Below, piece after piece: positions 1-25,581 of a stretch of DNA of 64,000 bases (its first letter is position 1; every line of letters begins with the position of its first letter). The notes under the pieces were generated by a model. It had not been told where the DNA came from, ran no database searches, and saw only the letters and a program-made list of their open reading frames with translations. This DNA comes from Lytechinus pictus. Lineage: Eukaryota. The position numbers were made by a program, and so were the translations under genes. The stretch covers positions 19,780,001 through 19,844,000 of the forward strand of contig NC_087252.1 in the NCBI RefSeq assembly GCF_037042905.1, given 5' to 3'.

Positions 1-819
1 AAAAATTATGACTTTTGAGCTTGCGGATTACTACTTTTTACTTTTAAAGGTTGGCAACTCTGTCATTGAATAGTAGACAACCATGCCACCTGACTTTAAA
101 TGTTCTTCTGATAATGCGCAAGAGGGAACTAGAAACTGGCCCATCTTTGGACACTAGTGTCATGCTTAATGTTTGAAGTAGAGGTGCTAACAATTAAGTA
201 TTATAATACTTTAATAACTGTAATGAAAACCTGTGAATATTAGTTTGAAAGACGCTCTATGGAAATTTTGATAGACAGAAATTTAGATGTATCTCCCTAG
301 CTTTCATTTTAGTATTTTTCCATGAAATACAATATACAAATTTCATAAACTTTGTGTAATTACTCTTCGCGTAATTACAACTTATACATTTAGATATTGG
401 ATGTTTTAATGTTTGTTTGTGCATGTATTTCTGCATCAAAAATAAAATGTGTTACATATACGATATACAAAGATAATACATGATAAACAATATGGTCATA
501 ATGTATAATGAATACAAAATAGCAATGTGGAGATGATCTTTGATTAAAAAAATAATCATAAAACTAAATTCAGTCTTTGGGTTTCTTGCTCAATCCCATA
601 TATGTAAATTTTGTTCACCCGACATACTTTTCTGTAAATCTGAGATCCTATAAAGCAATTTTGCGTGTAAGGGTAAAATAAGAAAATTCTAGTATCTCTC
701 AATATGAGGTCAATATTAATTCTTTAATCTACTAAAATGTGCTCTTTATTGTCTCTAACCCTGACGGCTTCTGTGTTTCTTTTCTTCATGTTTATGATGA
801 TTTTTTTTTACCTCTTCAG

Positions 820-11994
<11,175 letters not shown>

Positions 11995-12619
11995 TAAATA
12001 CAAACACCCCTCCAGCTGAAATAGGATAATCAAGATGTCTGTGGAGTGATGATCATATGGAACATCCCAAAGTAGTAAATTGGGGTGCTCAATTTTTTTT
12101 TCAAGATAATGAAATACGATTTTGATATGCTGAATTATATTTTTTCTGTTTTTTAGTATTCATGTTATGTGTATCTGTAGAAGTTTGCAAGTAAATTATT
12201 TATACATATAGCAATTTTATAATGTTTTAATTTGCTGTATGTGATGTTTTTTGTAATGATACAGATCATTACTGGCAAATGCAAGTAAGGCTTATCATTT
12301 TTTGCAATGTTTTAACAAATATTTCTTTTCAGTCAGTTAGCCTGTTTTTCCGAATCTAACACAACACATAGCCCGAAAATATAGCAGTAGGAATAATTTA
12401 CTTCAAAGCTATGCATGCATGTTACATTTTTTAATGAAATACTTCACAATTTGATACATTTTTGTCAATTCTTTTTAGTAGAAGACTTTATATTTTTATA
12501 CATTTCTGAATATACTTGCATATTATGAGCAGTGCTTTTGTAACATAGAGATTTATTTATACCTATTACATCTTAATCGTTATCCAAAAATATTATATGG
12601 TGATATGATACAATAATGA

Positions 12620-12885
12620 TAATGGCTGGATTTATACAGCGCTTTTTGCCTGAGGATACAAAGCGCTGCAGATTTCCTGACGTTTAGCTCGAGATACCAT
12701 CACCGGTGCTCAGTGTATTCAAGAAATTGGTTCTGCTGCATACCCATTCACCTCACCTGGATAGAGTGTAGCAGTGTGGATAAATATCTTGCTGAAGGAA
12801 AATATGGCATGGCTTGGATTCGAAGCCACGATCCTCCATTTGAAAGGCGAGAGTCAGAACCACTAGACCACAATCCGCCCACAAT
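12620..12885 (-). mobile_element. tRNA-derived SINE (family of 7934-8190)
   Basis: Reverse complement shows A/B boxes and the same cacactgctacactc..ccaggtgaggtgaatggg core. Confidence 0.7.
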
Positions 12886-13727
12886 AGAGCCATATCATGT
12901 AATGAAGATGTCACTTAAGTTTTGAGATTCACCTTACTGGAGCCGATACACCACTTTCACTTTGAACAGCGCTATCCCAAGACCTAAACTATACTCTTGT
13001 AGACCCCGAATTATTGCCCAGGATGCATTTTTTTAATTATTGTGTTCAAACTTATGCCTAATGAATGAAAATTAATTTTCTGATTCAACAACACCAAATT
13101 CAAAACCATCCGATGATCTCTGCGCCTTTTGTATTTCTGATGGACAGTGTGGTACATGTACCCATTCTCATCTTTACTTGTAGGCACCAATTGGTAGGCG
13201 CACATTGCCTCCAAATACTACTATGATCAACTCAGGCCCTTTGCCTTTAACTCTAGTTAACTCAAATCATATTTGAAATGTGTGTCAGATGATAATCACT
13301 TGTCTTAATTTTTGTATTTTTTTTTTGCTGCTATGACCAACTCCATGTGATTGTGGTAAATGATATTGAATGTAAACTGTACACTTATTTAATGTGTGGT
13401 ACATAGTACTGGTAATATATATTTGAGATTTTTATAGGGTGACATTGGATGTGTATACTGCATCATGTATTTGAATATTCTACAAAGTTGAAATAGTTTG
13501 TTATGCCAGTCAACTCAATTGATTGTTTGAGTAATATGATTTGTGTCAGATTTAGCACTCTGTCAATCAAAATACCCCTTACTTAGTCTATATAACTCAA
13601 TTGTTGTTTAGATGGGTTGTATGATAATGGATGTTTTATTTATTAGTTCACATACTCAGATTAAAGTCTTTAACCTCAGTTTTACAAATATACTATCAAA
13701 CACTGATAGTATTATCTCAATATTCTG

Positions 13728-13950
13728 GCATGCATGGCTCAGTGGTAGAGCTTCCACCTCACGAACAGGAGGTTGTGGGTTCGATCTTCAGTTGAGTCAT
13801 ACCAAAGACTTATAAAAATGGGATCTTCTTCCTTCTTGCTAGGCGCTCTGCATTTAGATTTGAGAAGGGTAATAATAATATTATTATGTTATGCAGGGCC
13901 AGCTGGAAGAGCAGTTTCCTAACCAAAGTGGTTTCCTTGTTAAATAAAAC
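13728..13950 (+). mobile_element. tRNA(Val-like)-derived SINE
   Basis: tggctcagtggtagagc A box, ctcacga loop, ggttcgatc B box, gtcataccaaagac core; 3' tail similar to 8132-8190. Confidence 0.7.
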
Positions 13951-13962
13951 ATACTTTATTAT

Positions 13963-14366
13963 GGTTTATTTTCAACTTGTCTAATGCCATTTCATCCAAT
14001 TGCCAACTTGTCTACTATCATTTGGTTTACCATCAGTTCGTCCACTCACCACATGGTCTACTTTCATTTAGTCTAATGCCATTCCATCTAATAACCAGTT
14101 GGTCCAATAGCCATTTAGTCCATATACCATTTGGTCTAATTGGACTAAGTGTTAAAGTGTGCAAAATTAATGAATATAAAATGGAGATTAGACCAACTGG
14201 TTATGAGACGGAATGGTGATTAGACGAAGTAATGATTGGACCAAATGGTTAATGGACCAAATGGTTGTTAGACGAAATGTTGATGGACAGAATGGCATTA
14301 GACTAAATGAAAGTAGACCAAGTGGTGAGTGGACGAGTAGGCAGTAGACGAATTGGCAATTTACCT
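13963..14366. mobile_element. Foldback MITE made of short GTCTA/GTCCA repeats
   Basis: Left half rich in gtcta/gtcca, right half in tagac/tggac, ending gtagacgaattggcaatttacc; same family at 36117-37525. Confidence 0.7.
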
Positions 14367-17300
14367 TTATCATTATGTTGTTTTTAGAGTATATGCCCTT
14401 TTGCCTACACACACTTTCTGTTTTATTCTCTTATCTTTAATATTGCTGAAAATATATTATACATTTTTTAAGGTGACAGTGTTGTTTTTTATTTTGTGCT
14501 AATCTTGTGCGTCCTAACGGGAACATTTCATGAAACATATCAGCCTTTTTTACTGACTATTGTTATAAGCTACCAAAATCCTTGCTTCTGATTGGTCCAG
14601 AGCATATTAGTCAGTAAAAATCACTGAATGCTTCTTTTATGAAACCTACCACAATATTATTTGTGAGGATGTGATATCTATATATATATATATATATGTG
14701 TGTGAACCAATAATTGTATATATATTTTTCATCGCCATGTCTTTCATAAGATACACTTCACCTTTCAAACAAAAAATTACTACAAAAAGCAGATAAAGTA
14801 ATATCATAGGTGAAGCACTGAAAATTTCATCAAAATAGAACAAGATTTAACAAAGTTTTGTCACTTAACTCGTTGCTCGCTGAATTAATTTTTAATTTTT
14901 GGGTATAATAATGACAATCGTTTCCATGTTATTCTCTTTAATTCAAGATTTCCACATTGCACCATTGATGCTTATAATTATAGTGTAGATGTTATCCAAG
15001 AACTATTGCCTTTTATTGGCTTTTCTAATTTGAAGGTAGGGGAGAAAACTAATTATTATGATTGTTGAATTTAATCGTACGAATGTGCAAAATGGCAACA
15101 TTAGCGTGCAAAGGGTTAAAAGTTATTCTTGTGAAAAAAGTGTCTGTGCATCTGTTCATGAATATGCAATGAGCAAGCTGATGACATCATAACACCACTT
15201 ATTCTTTTGTATTTTATGATATAAAGTTCGTATTTAATCAAATGTTATCTTCCAAGAATGAAAGAATGGATTGACTCATGACTTAATGTGTAAAATAATC
15301 ATTGCTGCAACCTATCTTGTTACTTGAGAATGATATAATACTCACGTATGAAAATTAAATGAAATAATTATGATTTCATGATAACGTGAATAACAGAAAA
15401 AGGAGAGTGGGGAAATGACATCGTCAGCCAGCCTATTATCATGACTGCATGCATGTAATTGTTTTTACAAAATATTGCTCAACTTTAAATTCAATAAGCT
15501 TTTTATTTGTTTATAACATTTTGATGAAATTTTCAGTGTCTCACTCAGTGAATTTTCCTCTATTTACTATATTTAGATGAGTTATTTTTAGCCCTGAGTA
15601 CCCCTTCAAAGAGTAATGCTAAGTCTCATCGTTTAACACCTTGGGAGTGTTTCATGAATGGTTTTGTCAGTGAAAGGTGTTATAAGCTACTGAAATCCTT
15701 GCATCTGATTGGTTGAGAGCAAATTGGTCAATGAAAATCACTGATAACTCTCAATGAAATGCTCCCCTGATTTGATCCTATAACAAATGTATTCTACATA
15801 TTATGTTTGAGCATGTATTATATCAAATATGAACTCAGAGTGTATAAGTTTTTATATGGGTATAAATATATACAAGAAATATATATATATACATATAGTA
15901 TATGAAATCATGATGTCAATTCAGAAATCATTTATCTATATAGTGCAATGATGTACTTCTTACCTGTATAAAGAACAGTACTTGTTGTTTGTTATGATAT
16001 GGGCCAAATTATATGTAGGGGCTAGCTTAGTTTATGGGTATTTGTCTTAAACAAAAAAAAGAAATTCAGAAAGTTTGAAATGGTAGCTTCAAAACACCTG
16101 GAAATAGCTAAAAATATAACTTATTTAATTCACATTTATGTCACAGTTAGAAATAAGTGGAAGAGTTAAAGGAAGGGTATTATATTTGTATAGATAGCCA
16201 CCTGTTACCTATGCACCTAAGCAGATTGTCTAATTCTTGCGTGTATTCATGAAAACTTTTGGGGTAATCGAAGTCTGGGTCTGGTTTCATAAGGACTTGT
16301 TGAAAAGATAAATGCTTAATTTATATGACAAATTCAATTATCGGACAATCAGATTGAATGATTTCTGTAATTTTTTATTGTAAGAAATTTTACAATAACG
16401 GGTCCGTTTTGTGAAACAGACCTCTGTATTTTGCTGACTAAGATTCTTATACAACCACACCACTAAACTAACTAGATGAAGGACAGATTTTTTAAATGTT
16501 TGATTGTTTTTCTATTCATCTCTGTAATATGCAAAATTTGTAATATGTAATATTATACTCAAGATCGCAAAGACAAATCATTTAGTTTATGTTTTATATA
16601 AAGCAATTCATTACTTTTTTTGTAAAAAAAACCAAATACTGTTCTTTAGTGATGTGAACAATACATGTCACTAAACAATTTTGAATATCAACATTTGTTT
16701 TGAATAGTGACTTACATAATGTACCTTTTTGAATATGCAAAACACATGCAATCATTTGCTATTAGATTTCCTGCTTATGTGTGGGTTTTCTTTAACCTGG
16801 TTTTACCTTCCTTATGACGTTTCTGCCGTTATGTTGGAAATGAAATTTTGTTTCTTGCATTATATCCTATTCTTTGAAAATATGTTATTCCCAAATTCCC
16901 CCACATTTCTGTTCCCATGTTGCAGAAAACTTAAACCATACCAGAGAGATAATAGCTAATTGGACTTCTGTTTCATAGAAGTAACCATGGAAGATTTACT
17001 ATATTTGGATATAAAAATGTCAAATTCAACATAATTGTATAATATACACTGTCCTGTATGTTTATACAATTAAAATAAAAAGCTGAATTGTGATATTGCT
17101 AAGAAATTTGGGTAATTGACAGTACTGTACATTGTGCATGGAAAGTGATCGAAATTGAAGGTAAATAGAAATGATTTATATTAGGTATGTTTAAATAGTT
17201 TGTCCTTTGTTGTTGTAGGGTGGATGTTATTTGAATAACAGCAAGAGGTTTTGGTCTTTGGAAATGTCCAATTAAAAACAGTACTCTGTATAAATCATGT

Positions 17301-17893
17301 ATATCTTCTGATGCATTAAAACCACAGAGGCCTTATGAGTGATTATATAACAAACTGAGAAATCTTATAAAGAACCAATGCATGCCAATTTTTGGCTTTA
17401 GAAAAATAAAGAAGTTTGTTATGTTTTTAGCTGCATGGGTCAACTTGCGTAAAACCGTATTTTCCTACACTATACATTGTTAAATATCAAATAATGAAAC
17501 TGCACTTACAAATCATGTGCTTGTAAAAATATCTTTTAGTTCTGAACAGGGTAATTTTTTTTCCTAAATTGTGTGATTCATTTGGTAAAAGGTTGTGCTC
17601 ATGAAATCTCATATCACATCATACGTTTGAAAGGTTTGTTATCTGGCATCCTGTATAATATTTTTCTCAAAATGCAAATTGTACCACTGGAAAAAAGAAT
17701 AGTTACATTGAGTCAATTAGATAACTCTAAAGTTACTGAATATTTGTGCTCTTCTCATTTTTAAATGTACAGTGTCATATTTATTCAAACATGTAGATTA
17801 AAAGATTTCCATAATTAAAAACATTTTTTTTTAAATTCTATCAAATGGTATCGTCTTCACTAATTGTTTTTATACACGATTTGTAACTATTAA

Positions 17894-18488
17894 AGGACAA
17901 GTCCACTCCAACTTAAAGTTGATTTGAATAAAAAGAGAAAAATCCAGCAAGCATAGCACTGAAAATTTCATCAAAATCGGATGTAAAATAAGAAAGTTAT
18001 GACATTTTGAAGTTTCGCTTAATTTCACAAAACAGTTATATGCACGTCACGCTCGATATGCAAATGAGGGAACTAATGACATCACTCACTCACTATTTCT
18101 TTTGTATTTCCTTATATGAAATATTCTAATTTTCTCCTCATTGACCTGTGAAACAAAGTTTTATTTCTCCCTGAACATGTGGAATTACCATTGTTTAACA
18201 TTTTATGGTTCAGTCAAGTTGGTTCTTATTTTCAAATCCTTAAAAATTGAAATATTGTCTAATTCAAACAATACAAAACAAAAAAAATAGTGAGTGAAGG
18301 ACATCATCCATTATCTCATTTGCATGTGACTAAATTGTGCATATAACTATTTTGTGAAAAATAAGCAAAACTTCAAAATGTCATAACTTTCTTATTTTAC
18401 ATCCGATTTTGATGAAATATCAGCATTATGCTTGTCTGATTTTTCTCTATTGATTAAAATCAACATTTTTCTGAGATGGACTTGACCT
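17894..18488. mobile_element. Kolobok-like palindromic MITE
   Basis: TTAA|AGGACAAGTCCA...TGGACTTGACCT|TTAA with long imperfect arms; relatives at 34251-34851, 52964-53514, 55611-56201 and degenerate ~14760-15605. Confidence 0.8.
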
Positions 18489-18901
18489 TTAACAACTCTC
18501 TATGTACATATGTATTGAAAATTTCTGACATGTAATGTTCTTATATATATTTTTATAACTTAATGGAATCATCTGCAAAATTGGTGGTTAGTTTATGCAA
18601 GTGCTGGTGTTTTAAAACAATTCAAGATCAGTTGTGTCCCATTCACTTATATTTTTGTCCTGAGATATATAGAATTGAAGGTGTAGAATTGAGTTGATTG
18701 CAGTAATATTATTTCTTGAAATCAGTGATGTAGTGTCTTGAAAGATTTGCTGGAAATAGTATACAAAAAATACACATCTGGGGTATTCAGGCCATCGCAC
18801 ACCTTACGAATGGTCTACGATTCAATTTAAGAACAAATTGCATTTTGCTTATTTTCTGGAAATGTGAATGAAAATTATCTTTTTATTTGAGGTTCATATT
18901 A

Positions 18902-21564
18902 TAGTAGACCGGCCAAATGTAAAAAAATGCTCTAGATAAGGATTCGACTGCAAAATTTGTTAATGCTTGGCATCCCAGCTAAAAGTCTTGCTAAAATACC
19001 CAGGAATAGTGTATGATTACATAAATTATACAATAGGATTAAGTAATTTCACATTATACTCAGTTAAAGTGCCGTTAACATGTTTGTGGGACACGCTGTA
19101 GTGTACAATGCTTGGTATGATCATGGAGCTACTCCATGTTATGATAATCCTATTTAAAACCGGTGGTGTAGTTGTAACATTACTGTTTTTGAAAACAACT
19201 CACAAACAAATAATTCTTGTTGTGGCCATATGCTCATGATTGACAACACTCGAAATCTGAAGAACAGAAAGTGGTTGTAAACAAAGTCCTAGATCATTGT
19301 GAAAACCAATTCAATTAAATCCACGTCTTATAAATATTAACAGTACAATGCACCCAAAATTCAAAAGTTCAGAGCGAAACATTATATCATCATTGGTGTC
19401 TGAGCTTACAATCAGAGCAAAGAGTCCTGCAATTGTTCAGTTTTCCCTAGATTGAGAATTGCAGTATACACGGTAGAGCAAGGCTATTTTCAGCCCGGTG
19501 TATGATCGGTGTCAAGTGTTTAAGTACAGCATTGGTAATAGTTAAACAGCATTTTAAAAGAGATATATACATATACTGTAACCTCTGCTTGTCATATTTA
19601 CATCAGCACCCCCAGTCAAGAAATCGATCCCAGAGCCCGGGGGGGGGGGGGCAGGGGCAGTTGCCGCCAGAAATATACATGTAATTGTGTTTATAATGTA
19701 CGGTATATTCAATTTTACCTTCAAAATGCCCACCCGATAAATTATGCATGTCCCCTTTCGGATAACATACCATGATATATCTTCCATCTTACTTGAAAAT
19801 TCTTTAATATTTGTGACATTAGGACGATTGATATATATTCAATAGATAAATGCATTTAAATCGAAGAATTTAAGTTGTAAAATAAATTCGAATTATTGAT
19901 AGTTTTCACAAACTTTTATTTTGAGTATTAACAAGACGATTTTATGTTTCATAGTAGTCTAGATTCTAGACGTCGGTGTACTTGTTATTTCTCTCCCCTT
20001 GCTTCATTCTTCCCTGCGCGCCATCCCCAGTGATCGCGCTATCCCCTCTTTCACGCCCCTCACCAACTGATGAGGGTAGGAAATCGTGGGGCTGTTTTCA
20101 TTTCGGGCGTAGAGGTCGAGGATTGTGTTATTGATCAAGTGAAAAGCAGAACAGTCCTGGGGTCCGTTTCATAAAGCTGTTCGTAAGTTAAGAGCGACTT
20201 TAAGAACGACTGGTGATCCTTTTTATGCTCTAAACCATCGCCAATGAATCTACCATTTACCACAAGAAAGGATCACCAGTCGTTCTTAAAGTCGCTCTTA
20301 ACTTACGAACAGCTTTATGAAACGGCCCCCTGGCAAAGGACTAGTTTGTAATATTCCAATTTGAAATCTATATTTATTAGACTTATAATTTGAAACTCCA
20401 AATAAGAATGATCGCATATCGAAGGTAGTCAAACTTTAACATATTCCGTCAAAATATCAAAATGCATGATTTACGACATTCTTTCAGATTTTACGCTAAA
20501 AATTATATTTTCACGCAAAAGTGCGCTTAGCATCCGCCCGGACGTTATTCCTCAGTATTTCCGCAAGACTTTAAAGGACAAGGAGGGGGTGAACTGTATG
20601 TGGTCTCTCATTGACTGTGTGTTATAGATGCATAGTCTTGAAATATACGTTTTCAGATATCTACGTATATACAGATGATAAATTGAACTATTTTGTATAG
20701 AGAAACTAAATTGTTTTAAGAGGAAGGGTTATTGTTCTACTATAACTACTGCGGTATAAATGTATTGAGTAGTTAATTAGCATGTTATTATTCAAGTGGG
20801 TATATATTACTAGACTACACTAGCTTTGTGGGTGAGGAAACTGGCCAGGTGTGAATAGTTGAGGACTCGAGATGGCGCTATTGGTTTGTATCTGCTTTAA
20901 GCTGGGATGCCAAGAAATGGCAAATTTTGCTATCCAAAGTATAAAAACTCTTAGTATGTACTTACACATGTAATTATGTACATAACGTACGGTATGTTCA
21001 AGTTTTTATTCAAAATGCGCACATTGTAAAATACACATTGTCTCCTTTCGGATAACATGAAATTAGATATCTTCCATCTTATTTGAAAATTATTTTAATA
21101 TTTGTGGCATTAGGACATTTACCATACATTCGATGGATAAAAGAATTTAAATCGAAGAATTTAAGTTGTGCAAAAAACTTCAAACTATTGATAGTTTTCA
21201 CAAACTTTTATTTTGAGGAAATCGCGGTTTTATGTTTCATTGTGCCATATATGTGTGTGTAATATTCATATTTGAAATGTTTATTTATGAGACTTATATT
21301 TTGAAAAACCAAATAAAAAGAATCGCATATCAAAGATAATAAAAATGTTAACATATTCGGTAAAAATATCAAAATGCGTGATTTTCGACATTCTTTCAGA
21401 TTTTACGCTAAAAATGACACTTTCACGCAAAAGTGCGCTTGGCATCCGGCCGTACGCTACTTTTTGGTATTTTTGCAAGACTTTTAGCTGGAATTCCAAG
21501 CATTAGCAAGCATTAACAAATTTTACCGTCCAAAGTATAAAAAATCGTTTTGGCCGGTCTACTA
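18902..21564. mobile_element. Academ-like non-autonomous DNA transposon
   Basis: TTA|TAGTAGACCGGCCAAA ... TTTGGCCGGTCTACTA|TTA: 16-bp perfect TIR, TAG..CTA ends, 3-bp TSD. Confidence 0.75.
20160..20329. mobile_element. Palindromic PIF/Harbinger-like MITE nested in the Academ-like element
   Basis: CTG|GGGTCCGTTTCATAAAGCTG...CAGCTTTATGAAACGGCCCC|CTG. Confidence 0.8.
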
Positions 21565-22070
21565 TTAACTGAAAGAAAGCTTATATAATAATTTTGGATG
21601 ATTGCAAGCCTTTATTTTGGAGTAAAGGCCAAATTAGTTTCAAATCGTAGCCAATCGTACGATTGCTGTGACGTCATTACGACTAGATATTAAATTAGCT
21701 TTTATTTTAATTTTAAGGATGATAACAGTCGCAGATTTGAACATAGGTATTTGTACGGTGATTTAGAACATTACATAGTAAGATATTCCATTCTATACAT
21801 TTTATTCCAAAATTGGGTCGCAGACCTTTAGTAAGAATTACACATATGATTTACATTTGGAACAGTTCTGACATGCTCAAGGTAATAAGTTTGGGTAAAT
21901 ATCCTAATGACCTTGATGGTGTGTATACTATGTTTTATAACATAGTGATATGGATCATTGTTATGTGATGAACCAACCATAACCGGTCAATATAACCATT
22001 CATTAGTACCAGCTATTAATTGATTTGCCTCTTGGCTAACATACAGTGGTGCTAAAATGTTAGTGAGTCC

Positions 22071-22335
22071 CTCTGGCGGATCCGGGGGGGGGGGGGGCAA
22101 AGCTGGCCCGTACCCCCTCCCCGCAATTAAAATTTGTGATGTAAAAATGCTTTTTAAACAGAAATGTGCCCCCCCCCCTTGAAAGTGAAGACCTTTTTTT
22201 TTCGCTTGTAAAAAAAAAAATTTGGAAGAAATATCCTGAATTTGTTGGTTAAAAACCTTTTTTTCTGGCTTGTCAAAATTTTCATCGGGAGAAAATGTGC
22301 CCCCCCCCCTTTGGAAAATCCTAGATCCGCCCCTG
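22071..22335. mobile_element. hAT-like MITE
   Basis: 8-bp TSD GTGAGTCC (22063-22070, 22336-22343); ggcggatc / gatccgcc subterminal inverted match. Confidence 0.8.
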
Positions 22336-24288
22336 GTGAGTCCCACCACAAAATGCACTCCGTGGTGCTGGATGTAGAATGGAGACAACAACACTGCAAT
22401 GTTCGGCATGTTCGGTGAGCCAAGAGAAACAAACTTGATTGAACGTAATATTTTCATCACCTGGCTTAGATATCTAAAAAAAACATCGCAGAATGTTAAC
22501 AATTCTTGTTCATTTTCAGATAGGGTTTTCTAACCTATGAGCACCACTGTAACTTACTGGTCACATGATTTATTTCAGTCGATCATTTTATGAGGTCCAT
22601 ATCACCATTTTATAAAAGAAATGATAAGCAGAGGAGGTTTAAAACTGTTAATTAAGCATGTTAGTATAGGTTTTGAATCTTGACATTTGCTATATGTTAA
22701 GAATGCCTATTTATTGTAGGGAATGAAACAATAAATGTACTTTTGGTGTGACAAATATTAATGAGAATATGTTTCTGTCGTTCTATTCATGGCACTGGTT
22801 TATGTCATTGTACTCCTGAATAGATGTCATAAGACGTATTGAATGTATATATGAAGATGTACAAGATATTAAACTAATTTTGGAAGTACTGCTTTTGAAG
22901 TATTCGTGTGTAACGAAAGATGGCGCGTCAACTCGGCAAATTCATTGTTTATTTGGAGCACCCTCTCTCTTAATGCCAAAACAATGGCGGGGGGGGGGTG
23001 TAAGACAAGCTGAGACATAAGAAATAATATATAAGACATGATAGAGTCGGAGTGAGTGATAGAGACAAAGAGAAAGGGAGAGAATGGGGGAGTAAGAATA
23101 AGGGAACAAAAGAGGGGGGGGGGCTAAGAAGTTGATACGTGAGAGTAGAAAATGATTTCTAAGGCCGAGAAGGGGGGGGGGGGGGTGAGGGACGGGAAGA
23201 AAGGATCCTGATGAAGAAGGGAATGAGAGAGAAATAAAGATAGAGAATCGGGACTGAGAGTTCCAGATTTCTTGAGGGCGGAGGTATTTCTTGTGCGTGC
23301 GTGTAATATGAGAGAGAATCAGAGGGGGGGGGGCGGGAGGCGGCGGAAAAAGGGAGATACAGATAGAGGGAGGGGGAGAGAGTGGAGCATTTTGGAGCAA
23401 ATACATTTCGGGTTAGAATATTGGTATACAATACTGGAGAGTAAACGTAATTGAAAATGTGGGCTTACAGATTTCAGAAGGAACACCCTCTCAGGACTGT
23501 CCCTGACTTAAAAAAAATGATATAGGCATACCTATATTTTTTTTCTAGGGGCAATAGCGAAATCGTAAATCTATTGTTTCGTCCTTTATTATTCAAGAGT
23601 GTATCTAATTGTGCGGGCAATATATTTCCTAAACTCGAAATTAAGGGCATAATCAACAGATTTATGCAGGTCTAATTTCTTGTGGTTAAATTGAGTGGTT
23701 TGCTGTTGTAAAATTGGAATAAACTCTCGTACCTGGATATACCGAAAAAAGGGGTTTCCTTATTAGCTACATCTGGAAAACACGGGGAATGCCTTGTCAG
23801 ATTGAACTGCAGCAATTAATCAATAATATTCTTATAAAGAAAAAGAAGTGTACCAACTTCCCACACTGCAGTTTTGGGAGCTGATTGTGTTTTTGTCACT
23901 TTTATAAGGGGAGGGGGTGGCATTCATTATTCATAATCACGTAAAGAGGGTCGATTTTCGAGTATAGACGGGATACGTGACAGACGTAATAAATACATAT
24001 AGAAGAGGAAAGTTGGTTTGGTTCTTGCTAATTCACACCGGCGTTATAGAGTATCCTTCCCCATATTGGTCTTTTATTGGAGTATAATTTATGAAATTTT
24101 CACTTGTTTAGGTGGATAGTTCAAATAGAAAGCAAATTAAAAATACCAAGGGTTAAGTCGAATGCCCACAGCACCCCCCCCCCCGAGCTCGCATCTTTCA
24201 CAAAACTATTACGCATATAGGCCTAACTTAAGCTTTCAATTCGTCTGGAAATGAATTCATTTTTTGGAAAAAAAATATAGGCTCACAT

Positions 24289-24528
24289 CATGGCCCCTAG
24301 GAATCGGGGGCGAGCACCCCCAAGATTTTCCTCGGGGGTGCTGCGTGTCAGTATTATTCTCCATAGGCAGCACTCCAGGTATTCTGAAAAGTGTGTAAAA
24401 ATTGGAAAGTGTAATCAAAATTACCTCCATTTTTTAGTGACCCTCCCTTTTTTTCGTTGCTTCTTTTGCTTTTTCAAATTATAACATCACCCCCCCCCCC
24501 CAGTGAAAAAATCGTTCCCAAGGCCCTG
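24289..24528. mobile_element. hAT-like MITE
   Basis: 8-bp TSD GCTCACAT on both sides; CA..TG ends. Confidence 0.75.
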
Positions 24529-24858
24529 GCTCACATCCCAAGATTTACCAAATCGTAATACCGGCTTTATTATATATATGTATCGACTATATTTTCTTCA
24601 TTTCCAAGGGGAATCCACACTTTACAAGCTTTGCTTTTTAGCGGACCCCCTCATTGCCATTTATGCTCAATATCATACTGTGTTTTTTTTTGTTTTACGA
24701 AGTAAGAATGCTCGTCTGTAAAATTGTACTTGATTTGTATTACTTTGTATTGTGTTTTGAATGGAAATGGAATAAAGAATTGAATTTAAAAAAAAAAGCA
24801 GTAAGGCAAAACTTAACGTGATTATGAGCAACGTATATATAAATGCAGTCCATGGTAT

Positions 24859-25540
24859 TATGGGGCGCCAAGTGTCCGCCAGTGAATTCCGTCCAAATCA
24901 CGGCATTCCGTACACAAAATGTGTTTTTATTCAGACGAAAATCATTTCGTCATGACGCTTTTTTATTTCGTACACAAAATTTATTTTTTGTCACACAAAA
25001 TCAATTTCGTCTCGACGAAATGCACGAAATCAATTTCGTCTAGACGAAATGTAATTGCGTCCACAAAGTTTATTTGGCGTGCCATACGAAATGAATTTTT
25101 ATCAAACGAAATGGCGCACCAAATGTCCGATGGTAAATTCCGTCCAATTCACGCAATTCCGTACACAAAATGTGTTTTTGTTCATATGAAAATCATTTCG
25201 TCATGACGCAGTTTTATTTCGTATACGAAATTATTTTTTGTCACACAAAATCAATTTTCGTCGAGACTAAATGTAATTGCGTCCACAAAATTTATTTCGT
25301 TGCGATGCGAAAATCTATTCCGTCGACGAAATCATTTTGTGTCAAAACCACAAAAAAATTTCGTTGACAAAATGATTTTGTGTCAAAACACAAAAAAATT
25401 TCGTCGACGAAATGATTTTGTGTCGAAACACAAAAAAATAATTTCGTCGACGAAATTATTTCGTGTCAAAAGACAAAAAAATTTCGTCGACGAAATGATT
25501 TTGTGTTTTGAGTCTTTTTGACATAAAATCATTTCGTCTC
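24859..25540. repeat. Left terminal repeat module: two ~250-bp units plus ~40-bp repeats with TTTCGTCGACGAAA palindromes
   Basis: 24859-25090 resembles 25110-25300; palindromes near 25400, 25442 and 25482; mirrored at 60750-61429. Confidence 0.85.
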
Positions 25541-25569
25541 CTCTGTCTCGAAGGGGACATAAGAAGGTC

Positions 25570-25581
25570 GCTGATTGGCTG
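25570..25581 (+). promoter_or_regulatory. Inverted CCAAT (NF-Y-type) box upstream of the THAP ATG
   Basis: GCTGATTGGCTG ~100 bp 5' of the ATG at 25680, in a CpG-containing stretch; mirror copy near 60707-60718. Confidence 0.4.

Noticed and set aside
21987..22502. 171-aa minus-strand ORF; a faint FCGGT..HC trypsin-like echo appears after removing the MITE
   Set aside because: Half of the ORF is a MITE, and the protease-like match needs several frameshifts and has no supporting exons.
22942..23454. Pro/Leu/Ser-rich ORFs
   Set aside because: They arise from a purine-rich low-complexity tract.
24919..25521. ORFs identical to 60767-61369 on the opposite strand
   Set aside because: They are translations of the repetitive inverted termini, with no protein-like motifs.
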